64,000 bases of DNA, from NCBI GenBank assembly GCA_010093995.1, contig ML992517.1, positions 138,677-202,676 of the forward strand, given 5' to 3'. This stretch comes from Elsinoe ampelina. Taxonomy: Eukaryota. The translations under genes and the position numbers were made by a program. This document shows, one piece after another, positions 27,426-37,893 of the stretch. Every line of letters starts with the position of its first letter. The stretch's first letter is position 1. The notes under the pieces are model-generated. The model made no database searches. It worked only from the letters and a program-made list of their open reading frames with translations, and was not told where the DNA came from.

Positions 27426-27627
27426 TAATTACAACTAGTAAGATAAGAGGTTAATTATGTCTATTTATTAAGATATTAAGACTTAGAAGAAAAAGAAGAA
27501 AACTAGTATATAAAGCATATATAATATTAAGGGCAGAGTAGCTAGAAGCCCGGGCTACGATGCTAAGATTATATAACTAATCTAAACTAGATCCTAACTG
27601 AATCTAGTTCGTATTTATCTCGCATTA
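27426..27627 (-). repeat. 5' LTR of the gypsy element
   Basis: Matches 21356-21560, one gaa unit shorter. Confidence 0.92.
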
Positions 27628-28833
27628 AGAAGACTAATTCTATTATTATAGCTCTCTATACTAAATATAAGATAAAGGTACTTAGAGATCTAAGCTAGTT
27701 TCTAGCTATCTAAGTTATAAGAGATAGAGTAACTAAAAAGCTATAGCTTAGTTAAGCCTAGTACATGTAGCAGATATATAGCAAGTTTATTATAGAGCTA
27801 ATAAGGCTAATATTAACACTACTCCTAATTAAGATACTCTAGCCTTATAAAGGCTAAGTATAACTATAAGAGATCTATCTATACTAGTAGAAGGTTAGAT
27901 CTATTAACTTTATAGCTATTATTATAAGGCCTAATATTACCTTTGCTACTTCTAGATTATTAAAGTACTTAACTAATCTATTACTAACTTACTAGAGGCT
28001 AGCAAATAGAGTAATCTAGTATCTCTATAAAACTAAAGATCTAGCTCTTACCTTTAATAGCTTAATACTACCTTTAATCTTCTAAGCCTTATTAGATACT
28101 AGCTTTAGTAATTACCCTCTAAGAAAGAGCCTTTAAGGCTATCTATTTAAGATGTTCTAAGGCTTAATTAACTAGAAGGCTACTAAGTAGCTAATAGTTA
28201 TAACCTTAAGTATAGAAGCTAAATTACTTACTCTTATAGAGACTACTAAACAAGCTATATAGTAGAGGAGGCTAATAGCCTCTATCTATCCCCTTAAGCA
28301 TATTAGTATTTAGTATAACAATTAGCAAATAATTAGCCTTATTACTAGTCTAATTAAGAAGCTTAATATACGTCTTTATTATGTTAATATCTATTATTAC
28401 TAGCTAAGATAAGAGATTAATCTAGCTAGAGATCTATTTAGCTCTATCTTAGTAATATAGATACTATTAGTAGATACCTTAGCTAATAGTTTAACTAAGT
28501 TATTACTACCTAGAAGGTATAAGGCCTTCTTATAATAGCTATTCCTTAAGTTAGTAGTCCACTAACTAGCTATAATAGCCTTATAGCTATTTAGTAAAGA
28601 GGTATATTAACTAAGGTATAAGCTAGAGTACTAAGAAGGACTCTAATTTAGTTTATCCCCTAGTAGAACTAAATACTTATCTACTACTCTACTAATTTAT
28701 AATTAAATTAGATAGTTATTGTCTTAATCTGTTGTTATTTAGGAGTTCTATTAATTTAGTTATCTCTTAGTTTATTAGGTTAAGTATTTATGTAGTTATA
28801 ATCCACCTTAGTTTAGTAGATCAGGCAGTAATA
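27628..28833 (+). mobile_element. Ty1/copia relic, 3' part (RT C-terminal half, RNase H, probable 3' LTR ~28615-28833)
   Basis: De-RIPped YKMKVLGDLSWFLAI.V.RDR..KKLWLSQ (~27665-27755), SD.SF...RKS.QGYLF...WKATKQ..V..STEAELL (~28090-28230), ADGLTK (~28482-28499). Purine-rich tract at ~28603-28613 precedes a non-coding LTR-like segment whose end is approximate. Confidence 0.88.
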
Positions 28834-29360
28834 AATCTCTTTCTCCCCACACATAAGCTGACATCATAAATTATTGCAGAGCATGTTTATTTTTATGCGT
28901 GGTTCGTGGCTTATTACATAATTTACATTCCATGGAACCGGCAAGACGGACTTTGTCCAGTCGTGGCGCCGTGGGCCAATCACGCTGCTTTTGCCATGTT
29001 CAGCCCTGCTGTGGCTGTTTTTAAACATCTCCTCGGGCGGCGTGCCTTCATTTATTTGACAGAACTGGTATAAGGCTTCAACCTGTAGGGAAACGTGATT
29101 CACAGACATGGATGCAGGGTCTCTGGACCCCAGCATGGGTCCTGCCTCCTGCAGATATAGCCGTCGCTCCTCTGGTCCATCATAAAATCGGCATACACCC
29201 TCACGGCTTGGACATTTACTTGAGCACTCGGTCGCCTCAGCTTACTGCTGTCAGTCCCCTTGTTCAAGTAGAAAGGTATAGTAGGACCAAAACAGATGCG
29301 ACGACCAACAACACGTACTAACATGCTGATGTCGAAGATCAGGACCCGCTTTGGATCAAC

Positions 29361-30095
29361 ATGATGCAGCTCCAGGGTTATCCCCTGACCCCAGCGACCA
29401 CCTTCGCACCAGCCTCAGCCCCAGCCCCAGCCTGCTCATGCTCTTTCAACCCGTCGATCAAGTGTGTCAACCTGTCCAACATGAATCTCCCAATGGGCTT
29501 GGAGGGTCCGATGCCGGATACCTGGTCTCCATCAGTACCCGTTCCTCATGCGCCGGTCCAGCTTTCTACCCCAAGCCCAAGCGTGACGCCGCCCTCGGTC
29601 ATGCCACCACTTACGACGCCGCCTTTCATCATCTCGCCTCCTGTTTCATCACCTCTGCCAGACCCCGGCCAGGCCGCCAAGCAGGAGCATACCACTGCCA
29701 AGGCAGTCGCTGGCAAGACTGTCACCGGCAAGGTCCTCACCCCGTCAACGGCGAGGGCCCGTCTATCTCACAGCATTGTTGAGCGTCGTTATCGTGTAAG
29801 CATCAACCGCCAGACGGAAATCCTGCGGCAGAAGCTGGACGGTTCCAACCTCGCTGAATGTACCACTGACATGGAAGAACTCGGATCCTCTTGCAGCAGA
29901 CTGCCTTCCAAGCCTCAAATCCTTGCTTCAACAGTCCTCTACATCGAGAGTCTGGAAACCAACTTGCGCGAAGCAGAAGAAACGACGCAGCAGTTGAAAC
30001 AGCAGATCGACAATCTTCAAGCACTGGTCAAATGTCAGAACTGCCCGGTCATTGATTCTTGGGCGTCCATGGTGGCGTCCCGAGCAGATCCTTGA
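29361..30095 (+). CDS. bHLH-zipper transcription factor, SREBP/SrbB-like (no transmembrane domain); possible upstream exon 29108-29275
   Basis: SHSIVERRYRVSIN...SKPQIL..TVLYIESLE plus leucine zipper; Tyr in ERRYR is the SREBP-family signature. Confidence 0.85.
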   Translation: MMQLQGYPLTPATTFAPASAPAPACSCSFNPSIKCVNLSNMNLPMGLEGPMPDTWSPSVPVPHAPVQLSTPSPSVTPPSVMPPLTTPPFIISPPVSSPLPDPGQAAKQEHTTAKAVAGKTVTGKVLTPSTARARLSHSIVERRYRVSINRQTEILRQKLDGSNLAECTTDMEELGSSCSRLPSKPQILASTVLYIESLETNLREAEETTQQLKQQIDNLQALVKCQNCPVIDSWASMVASRADP

Positions 30096-30236
30096 CATTT
30101 TCTCGAGGAAATTTTCCTGACGGTCGCGAACGAAGGGACGACTGATAATTATGCTACTGTACGTAATGACCCACTAATGATCAATCCCATTCTATCATGC
30201 AAGTCACATTCAAAATCCAAGCCATACGTCTCCGCA

Positions 30237-30878
30237 TCAACCGCCAGATGGAACCAACCTGATCCACCTTCCGCAGCGGCATAGTCCTGTGCAGTGGCAG
30301 AAGCTCCATCTCCTGTGCAATGATGACACTCCACCTACAGCCTCGTCGACAAAGACCAGGTGTATCCTGCCCGAACATCGTTGACATTGTTCCTCCCCGA
30401 TCTCGGTAATGGATGAGTGGACACTACTCTGCTTTGCTTCGCAACGACCAGCTGTGGTATTTTCAGCGTTGCTGGTGCCACCTTCAATATCCGAGACCTG
30501 CGAATCGTTCTCCTGTACCAGCTTCGAGCTCACCTTGTCCATCTCGCCAGACACACTATCGACGGGAGCCCTTTCGAACCTGGCGACATGGGGTTCGATG
30601 GTGTGGTGGTGCATGGAAACCGATGGCTTTCCAGAAGCAACCGTCCCAGAGCGATGGCGTTCGTGTCCTAACTTTCTCGCTCCATAGGCAGGGTGATCAT
30701 CCTCCGTTCTTTGCTTGATGGTAATATCGTTTGCATCATGGGCGTCAACTTCGGTGTGACCGTCTAAAGCTGTTAAGCGCTGAGTGGTATTGGTCCGATC
30801 TTTCGTCATTGGAGAGACCGACGTGGCATTGGGGAGATACTTTGTTTGTACCAATTCCATTGCTTGCAGGTTTGGCAT
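30237..30878 (-). CDS. Hypothetical protein with a Cys-rich C-terminus
   Basis: 213-aa ATG ORF; no recognised family. Confidence 0.3.
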   Translation of the reverse strand: MPNLQAMELVQTKYLPNATSVSPMTKDRTNTTQRLTALDGHTEVDAHDANDITIKQRTEDDHPAYGARKLGHERHRSGTVASGKPSVSMHHHTIEPHVARFERAPVDSVSGEMDKVSSKLVQENDSQVSDIEGGTSNAENTTAGRCEAKQSSVHSSITEIGEEQCQRCSGRIHLVFVDEAVGGVSSLHRRWSFCHCTGLCRCGRWIRLVPSGG

Positions 30879-31278
30879 GACAGGACATGAGGTGCCGTGG
30901 AAGACATACTACCTTATGCACCTTTCCAATTCAGAATCGGCTTTCGGCCTCACCCGGTCGAAGGTTGGCTGTGTGGGTGGGAACAAGAAGAGGGATAAGC
31001 CTCACATTCTAGTCGTGCGCATTGCAGTATCGTAACGTGGGATAAGCTGACGGCGGTGGTGTGATGTCTGTAGCTCCAGTGGCTTCGGTCGAGCCTCGAT
31101 CACACGGAGCCACATTCGGCCTCTTTGTCACTCTCCTGGAGCACTGGAACAGTAAATCGAGCTCATTGAACTACACTTCAGGGCCTCGGGACTGATATAC
31201 CTACGGTGGGCTCCTCCATCGGACGATCCTCCAATCTCTGCGGATCCGTTACTTTACCGGCGGCCATTTCCAAATTTC

Positions 31279-31926
31279 ATGGTCTCAATGTGGAATCCGA
31301 CATCTCTTCTTCCTCAAGGACATCACATGGCATCAAATCATCCATTATACACAGAGCGATATGCTGGTCCTGTTCACTTGAGTTGTCGCACCTCTGGTCC
31401 GGTTGGGCGAGATGTATCAGGCCGGACAGAGTACCCCTCCCCGTCAGCAGGAGCCCAGCAAAGCTTCGTGCCAATGCCTAATCATGGTCAAGTCAGACCA
31501 TTTGCGGACTTCAGGCGCTCTACAGGTCCTATCCCTGACAATCCTTCGTTCTTCCTTGTGAATGAACCTCGGTCCACGATGGACACCATAGGCCACAAGG
31601 AGATCACATACAGTAGACCAGAGGTTCTCATCTACGAACAACCAGCAAAGGAAGAGTCTCGATGGGAGCCATTCCGACCACACCGAGCCTCCAAATCGGG
31701 CCAACTCATCGTCTTCTTTTCCGATAACGAGCCCAACGACGAACAACCGTCTTCAGCTGATGACGGCAAAATTGCAAGGGGGGGACATCCTCAGCACAGA
31801 AACAACTTGGTTGACAGGTTGTATCATGCGCTGGATCTGACTCACAGAAGGGTCCGCGTGAGAATGCTTCGTCTCTCACTGGAGCGTGCATTTAGGCTGG
31901 TCGTGGGAGAAACTCATAGAGAGTAA
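31279..31926 (+). CDS. Hypothetical protein
   Basis: 215-aa ATG ORF; no recognised family. Confidence 0.3.
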   Translation: MVSMWNPTSLLPQGHHMASNHPLYTERYAGPVHLSCRTSGPVGRDVSGRTEYPSPSAGAQQSFVPMPNHGQVRPFADFRRSTGPIPDNPSFFLVNEPRSTMDTIGHKEITYSRPEVLIYEQPAKEESRWEPFRPHRASKSGQLIVFFSDNEPNDEQPSSADDGKIARGGHPQHRNNLVDRLYHALDLTHRRVRVRMLRLSLERAFRLVVGETHRE

Positions 31927-32544
31927 ATCACACACAGAATTCGTTATCACTGTTTCACACCTTTTCCGCTCCGGGTGGTGTTGTCAAGATGTCTCCGTGG
32001 TGAGACCTGTAGACAAAAAGGCATAGCAAGGAAATTTTTTTGAGGTCAGGCATGGGATACGGAGTGACCATCACGCCACCCTGCATGTTCCTTCGGTATC
32101 TACCGAGAAAGTATGGTCCACACTACCGGCATCAGCCGAACGTGTCATGTTCGGTACTGGCCTGTTCTCCCTCGGCCGAAAATCGGTGACGGGGTGGCGT
32201 TACATATTACACCACCACGCCATCATTTCGGAAGCATTTCACCGACCGCAGAGCAGAGACTCCATATTCTGGCGAATGTACCACAACGATTTCGACGGCT
32301 CATTTTCGTATCGTCTTCCTCATTGTCAACAACATGATACCGTCTCAACCCGCCTTGGCGGAGAATCTCCCTAGCTCATCCATCACGGATTGACATGTCA
32401 CACCACCATCGAGGGTGCTGCCCAGCACAAAGGGCGTATATAACAATCTCTCGAATTCGCATAACCAGCGACATCACCCAAACAAATCCAAATCCAAACT
32501 CGACACCAAACCAACCACCAAAAACCAAACCACAATCCCGTGCC

Positions 32545-33240
32545 ATGACCTTGCCTCTCTACCCCTACAACGACTACATCCCCATCGTCGACCACCCCCA
32601 CGAACGCCACCACCAACACCAAACCTTTCCTCAACTACCTCATCCACCGCGCCCCCAACCCATCAGCCATCCCCAACCGCCCAGACAACGACCTCAGCGA
32701 AACAACCTCCCACTACCTCCTCGACATCGAAGCGCCCGGCATCACCCACCCCTCCCAGATTTCCTGCCACTGGCACGGCCACCGCCAACTCACAGTCAGC
32801 GGCACCACGACCCGTCCATGGACCGAAGACTCGGGCGTCNNNNNNNNNNNNNNNNNNNNNNNNNNNNNNNNNNNNNNNNNNNNNNNNNNNNNNNNNNNNN
32901 NNNNNNNNNNNNNNNNNNNNNNNNCCACCCACCCAAGGGCCTGGCAAGCGAGGACGCACACCGGCCCAGGCGAAGGTCGCGGGCCAGGACGAGTCCGACG
33001 GGGATCCAGTCGAGCACCCCATGCCCCCTCAGCTGCTGATTGGTGAGCGCAGGATTGGGTCGTTCAGACGCTCGTTTCATATCCCTGTTGATGTCGATAT
33101 GGAGGGTAAGGACCTTGCAAGCGTAGGAAGTGCCCCACTGACATACGAGCACGCCTTTGATGCCGACCCCACAGAGCGCATTCGCCGTGGTGCCGAAGCG
33201 TGTAGGAAAGTCTGTACGTGGGTCCTTTGGCGCGTTATGA
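32545..33240 (+). pseudogene. Small heat-shock protein (HSP20/alpha-crystallin); frameshifted as assembled and spans an N gap
   Basis: ATG at 32545 (MTLPLYPY..). The alpha-crystallin N-half PDNDLSETTSHYLLDIEAPGI..LTVSG lies in a different frame from ~32615. C-half LIGERRIGSFRRSFHIPVDVD follows the gap (32840-32924); VVPK at ~33190 is in yet another frame. Confidence 0.7.
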
Positions 33241-33704
33241 TCAGCGGTGATGTAGCAGTTGTCGACCTTGACGCAGTCGACATTCCATCCAGCAAATTGA
33301 AGTGCATCTTGCCTTTCGTAATCAAGTGAGCCAGCTGGGAGAGGTGACCTTGTGTCACAAGCGTATACTCCAGCATCGTTATACATGGGCCACTGGAAGC
33401 CGAGACCAATAGCTCTGTCAGCTAAAGCTCAGCTGGGGGATGCAGTCTTGTCCCAATCGAGGGAGCCATTTGCCTGTCTTCTGTTGGTACTTGATTGCCA
33501 GCCACAACAAGAAAGTCCTGATGTTCGGACAATGGGACAGCTAGTATGAAGAGGTTCGGTGGACTGTTATTGCTTTGTCCGAGCTACGCTCCATGGCAAG
33601 ACTCAGAACAATTCTCGTCCCATTCGATGAAGCGCTAGGGTTCGTACACTTTGTCGTATGATTGCCGAAGATACGCTCGTCCATCGCTCTTCAGATTCAT
33701 GCCC

Positions 33705-34334
33705 TCAGATCTGATCCATGGCTGCTAGAAATTGCATTCGACTGGGCGGGTTGAACAGACTCCAGCTCTGGACCAGAGAGGGAGGTCCAGCAAAAGCTCG
33801 AAATCTACCGGTGGGCGTTGTTTCTCCAGGTTTGCGTGCATATATCTCGAAGACATCGGTCTCCAGATCTATAACATAGGCGTATTTGCAAGCTGATTGA
33901 GCAACATAGTCAACATCAAGTCTGATGGGAATCTTTCGAGGATTCGTTATGATGAACCTCAGGATCTCAGCCCCAGTCTCTTTGGCCAGCGATGGGCAGA
34001 TGTAGCGCATTGGTCTCATGGCCTGAGAAACAACCATTTCGCACTCGGCCAGATCTGCGAACGGCCCGGACATCGTTCGGAAGGGAGCGGTAGTCATAGT
34101 GTTCTGCGCAGCTCTACCCAGGCCGTCTACATTGGCGTTGATCCTGTTCCATTCTGCTTCGTTTGGCTCGTAGAGCCTTGGTAGAGCCTGGAGGAGTTTG
34201 CGACGATTATTGGCGTCTAATAAGAAATCCAGGATCATCAGGCCGGCGTGAGAAGGTGCGCCATTCTGGTTGCTTGCTTGTGCAAGTTTGTATTTTGACT
34301 CATGGTAGATGAGAACCAGGTAGTCAGTGACCAT
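33705..34334 (-). CDS. Conserved-looking fungal hypothetical protein
   Basis: 209-aa ATG ORF with globular composition; ETGAEIL and CKYAYVIDLETDVFEIY resemble an uncharacterised fungal family (from recall, not a search). Confidence 0.7.
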   Translation of the reverse strand: MVTDYLVLIYHESKYKLAQASNQNGAPSHAGLMILDFLLDANNRRKLLQALPRLYEPNEAEWNRINANVDGLGRAAQNTMTTAPFRTMSGPFADLAECEMVVSQAMRPMRYICPSLAKETGAEILRFIITNPRKIPIRLDVDYVAQSACKYAYVIDLETDVFEIYARKPGETTPTGRFRAFAGPPSLVQSWSLFNPPSRMQFLAAMDQI

Positions 34335-35137
34335 TCTGCCTTGAGTTGCTAAAGATCTGATGCGGGCAGTAGATTTATCGGTGTCCACCGGTGTCAGTCA
34401 CAGGAGAATGTGTGTACTTATCTAATGAGTTGCGAGACTGCTGCGCTGGCTTTGTGCGACGTTCACATGCCTCCTCGATCAGCGCGTTTGTGCAGGGTGG
34501 CGACAGCCAGCTGTGTGTTGGTCACATCGGGACCATCTACAATATACTTACCTCCTTGAAGACAGGAGTGAGACAGCCTAGGCTGTCGGAATATTGAACT
34601 GAAAAGGGCAGATAATCAGTGCGATCTCAAAGCAGGCTTTGTCAGCACAACATCCTGGCACGTGACCGTCAGACCTTGGCGACATCATTCTTGGCGTCGG
34701 GTACACCTCATGTCCAGGCATCATGGATGGCTTCTCGTCCTTGCCAAGCATGTTATGATCAGCTTAACAAGTCTGCAACGTGACGCCTTATATACTGAGC
34801 GTCCCTCCCTGAGATTTGATGGAAGTGAGACAGATCAGCTGGATGGGACGTGCTCGTGCCAAAGTTGGCGCCGTGCCGGTCAGGCCGCCACCCACCCTCT
34901 ACTTCAGGTGATGATTCCTTATTCTTGTTCGCTTTCATCAAACCACATGTGGCTTTGACTCTAGGCCTACGCCACCATCACCTCTATGTGATGTCTCTTA
35001 AACGTGGACAGACTTGACGAGGCAGGCACTCCGCACAGGAACGTGTTTGTGTATAGCAGCCTCGGGAAGTCGTGTAGATCATCGCTGGACACAGCTTCAT
35101 CGGAGGAATCAAGCAGACTTACCCATTGACTGTCAAG

Positions 35138-36418
35138 ATGGCCCAAGCCTCGGCTAGCATAGAAAACCCTTTCGCAGTTGCCGAACAGGAGGCGCGATTA
35201 CGAGAAGATGATGAGGACAGTCTCTACGCTGCCAGTATCAAGGGCAAAGAGCGACAAAGCCATACTCAAGAGCAACATAAGATGAGGGATCCGACCTCGA
35301 GGACATGTCAGTCCCAATCTCAAGCCCTTCATACCGACCACAGACGTTCGGAATCTACCACCTCAATATCGAACTCAACAGAGCCCGATCACTCGACAGC
35401 TGAGCCAGTGGCCAACAAATCAGCGAGCACAGCAGGCCTGCCACGGGCAGTCAGCAAATCGTCATCTCCTACCACATCCAACTCAGCCCCAACATTCAAC
35501 CCCTCCCCAGCATGGGCCAACCTCCCCCACTCCACCACCACCCAATCCAACCCAAGTAACCCCCTCAACACCCTCATAACCCCCCACCTCGTCCACGAAT
35601 TCTACTCCACCCCCACCCCAGACCCCCATCCATCCCAACCTCCACTCCCACCCCGCCCCACCCCGACAACGCAACACTACAACTCCCTCCGCTCCCACCT
35701 CGACGAGCTAGGCTACTCCGCCGTCCCCAAAGCCCGTCGCCCCGCTTATCTCCCGCCACTCAGCCCGTTCGAGGAAGCCAGGTCCCAGTCCGCCACTGCG
35801 AGGGGAACGTGGCGGACGCCTTACGACGCTCCTCAGGGCGCGGTCGGGGCGAGGACGGCGGGGAGGAGGTATACCACCTCTCACCAGCCCGGGGAGCCAC
35901 AGTCGAGGGGTCAGGGGAAGAGGTCCTGGCTGGGGAGGCTGAAGGGGGGATCGAGGGGCGAGGGTCGGGCGGAGGGTGGTGGAGGTGTGGCGACTGAGGC
36001 ACAGGTGGATGGGGATGACGAGGAGAGTGGGGGCGAGCAGGACGAGTTTGAGAGGTATCAGAGGGAGGTCATGGCTGCGAAGCGGGGGATTGTGCTGCCT
36101 GATCGGCATGGGTTTCGTGGTCCAGGGGGCCGGGCAGAAGGGCGAAGTTCGAGCGGCGATCAGGCGGGTAATGCTGTGCTGGACGAGGGGTCGAGTAATT
36201 ACCGGAACAAGACGGAGGCGTTGGAGCTGGAGGACGAGGTGGATGAGTATAGACGTGATCTTGCGAGGGCGAAGAATCCGCGTATGAGCAGGCAGGCGGA
36301 CAAAGGGAAAGGAAAGAGCTGGTTCAAGAAGGGGAAGGGAAAGGAGAAGGACGGAGTGGCGGACAAGATTGCTGCCACGAGAGTACCGACGACGGTCAAG
36401 AATGTGAGATGGGGATAA
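35138..36418 (+). CDS. Hypothetical low-complexity/disordered protein
   Basis: ~426-aa uninterrupted ORF from ATG 35138; Pro/Ser-rich then Gly/Glu/Lys-rich. Confidence 0.7.
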   Translation: MAQASASIENPFAVAEQEARLREDDEDSLYAASIKGKERQSHTQEQHKMRDPTSRTCQSQSQALHTDHRRSESTTSISNSTEPDHSTAEPVANKSASTAGLPRAVSKSSSPTTSNSAPTFNPSPAWANLPHSTTTQSNPSNPLNTLITPHLVHEFYSTPTPDPHPSQPPLPPRPTPTTQHYNSLRSHLDELGYSAVPKARRPAYLPPLSPFEEARSQSATARGTWRTPYDAPQGAVGARTAGRRYTTSHQPGEPQSRGQGKRSWLGRLKGGSRGEGRAEGGGGVATEAQVDGDDEESGGEQDEFERYQREVMAAKRGIVLPDRHGFRGPGGRAEGRSSSGDQAGNAVLDEGSSNYRNKTEALELEDEVDEYRRDLARAKNPRMSRQADKGKGKSWFKKGKGKEKDGVADKIAATRVPTTVKNVRWG

Positions 36419-36609
36419 GAAGGGGAAGGAGTAAATTATTTGATACCCATGTTAAAATACATTTTCGTCGTCGCTCATCCGGGGATATCATATGCAGCAT
36501 AATGTCTGCTCGGCCTACCATATTCTCGCATTCCCCAGCTGGCTTGTGCAGAGCTCCCTGCTTGCACGGCCGCTTCATGTGAACAAAACACCATCCAGGA
36601 GTGCTTCGC

Positions 36610-37893
36610 CTAGACATCAGAGGTGTCCCCGCCCGTGGCACCGGCGACGGCAAGGGCATCGGCTGCCTTATTGCCAGCATCATTGCTGTGGCCCTTCACC
36701 CATTGGAAGACCACACGAGCTCTGCCTTGCTTCCAACTTTTCGTCTTTGTCGTCTCCTGGACCTCTCCGTTGTCCTCACCAGCGCCGTACATGTTGCTGA
36801 TCCGCTCACGCTCCTCGATGTGATGTAGGATCTTCTCGATCAAGTCCTTGTTCTCGACAGGCTTATTGTTCGAGTTTCGCCATCCATTACTACGCCAGTT
36901 CTGGAACCATTTCGTCACACAATTGATGGCATAGTTAGAGTCCGACAGAATTGTGACGGGACGATCTCGTGGTGACAGTTCGAGAGCTCGGAGAATAGCT
37001 GTGAGTTCGGCTCGTTGATTAGTCTGGCGAGGTCCAGCTAATGGTTCGGCGACGTTTCTGCTCATATCAGCACGTAGAAATGTTACAAGCTGCGTGTATG
37101 CAAACCTCTTGTCGCCGGGACCAAAGTAGACGCCAACTCCAGCAATAGCATGTTCCGTTCCATTACCTCTGCTGCTTCCATCCGTCCAGATCCTCAACAT
37201 GCCATCATCTGACATCTCCTTGGCTTGTAGCTTGGTAGCCCTGAGCTCTTTCTCAGTTTTGAACTCGACCTTGCCCGTCTTTGGATCTAGCTTGACACTG
37301 GGGTCGAAGAAGTCCTCGGCATCGGCCGGCAGTGGTCCTTCTCCTGGACCATATCCTCCCGTCTCCTCTCCCGAGCTAGCACTCTCTCGACCCTTTTTCT
37401 TTTTCTTCGGTGTGTCTTTTGCTCCTGTGCCGTCTGCTGGTGTGCCTTCACCGTTTGTGTTCTTTCCCTGGCCCTGCCGCACAAACTCTTCTGCTTCTGC
37501 GCGAGTCGGAAACGCTTTGTATTTTGGCTTGACGTTACCAGTGACCTGCGCCGATGCCTCGTCCCATGTGGTATATACTCCCGGGACGCGACCCGAAGCT
37601 ACCGCGTAATACTTTTGAGGACCTCGAGAGGATGTTTTGGCATCCATCCCATTGGCGACAAAGGCTGCAGCTTCCTCATGCGTCGGGAATGATTTGACTG
37701 CGGTGTTAGCGTGATCGTGCGAAGTGTGCTCCATAGACCTACAAACAGCACCTTTGAAGCCGGTAATCTGTGCGCGACATTCGCTCCAGTCATGATAGAT
37801 GCCAGGTTTGGAGCCTCGGTAGACAGCATAGAATTTCGGTTCTGTTCCTCGCTTCCTCTTTTCGCCAGTCGCCGGGGCCGGTGACCCCTCCAT
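36610..37893 (-). CDS. RNH1: Ribonuclease H1
   Basis: Two hybrid-binding domains (KFYAVYRGSKPGIY, KYYAVASGRVPGVY) plus catalytic WTDGSSRGNG, TNQRAEL, SDSNY, WVKGH..GN..AD; introns 37698-37742 and 37058-37105. Confidence 0.95.
   Translation of the reverse strand: MEGSPAPATGEKRKRGTEPKFYAVYRGSKPGIYHDWSECRAQITGFKGAVCRSMEHTSHDHANTAVKSFPTHEEAAAFVANGMDAKTSSRGPQKYYAVASGRVPGVYTTWDEASAQVTGNVKPKYKAFPTRAEAEEFVRQGQGKNTNGEGTPADGTGAKDTPKKKKKGRESASSGEETGGYGPGEGPLPADAEDFFDPSVKLDPKTGKVEFKTEKELRATKLQAKEMSDDGMLRIWTDGSSRGNGTEHAIAGVGVYFGPGDKRFAYTQLVTFLRADMSRNVAEPLAGPRQTNQRAELTAILRALELSPRDRPVTILSDSNYAINCVTKWFQNWRSNGWRNSNNKPVENKDLIEKILHHIEERERISNMYGAGEDNGEVQETTKTKSWKQGRARVVFQWVKGHSNDAGNKAADALAVAGATGGDTSDV

Larger units (their letters stand above)
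21356..27627 (-). mobile_element. Full-length RIP-inactivated Ty3/gypsy chromovirus (gag-PR-RT-RH-IN-chromo)
   Basis: Two ~200 bp LTRs. Minus-strand motifs: protease FIDTS for DTG (~25535-25550), RT YLDN for YLDD (24198-24209), RNase H DASN (~23745-23760), integrase SD..P.FVS (~22475-22505), chromodomain EEYKVDDV..SWKSY (~21715-21800). Polypurine tract at 21561-21575 abuts the 3' LTR. Confidence 0.93.
1..28830. other. AT-rich RIP-mutated repeat block (probable heterochromatin)
   Basis: Extreme TpA excess and near absence of CpA/TpG; TAG/TAA stand where TGG/CAG/CAA codons are expected in recognisable TE motifs; no long ORFs; abrupt return to balanced composition near 28,830. Confidence 0.95.

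Noticed and set aside
1..28830. Centromere, organellar insertion or alternative genetic code
   Set aside because: AT richness and in-frame TAG/TAA are explained by RIP of TE sequence; centromere identity cannot be judged from sequence alone.
29800..30255. Shared gcatcaaccgccagaYggaa at ~29800 and ~30234
   Set aside because: Similarity does not extend; treated as coincidence rather than a second bHLH fragment.
32070..32079. SRE-like ATCACGCCAC near the SREBP-type gene
   Set aside because: A single degenerate 10-mer without conservation data is insufficient.
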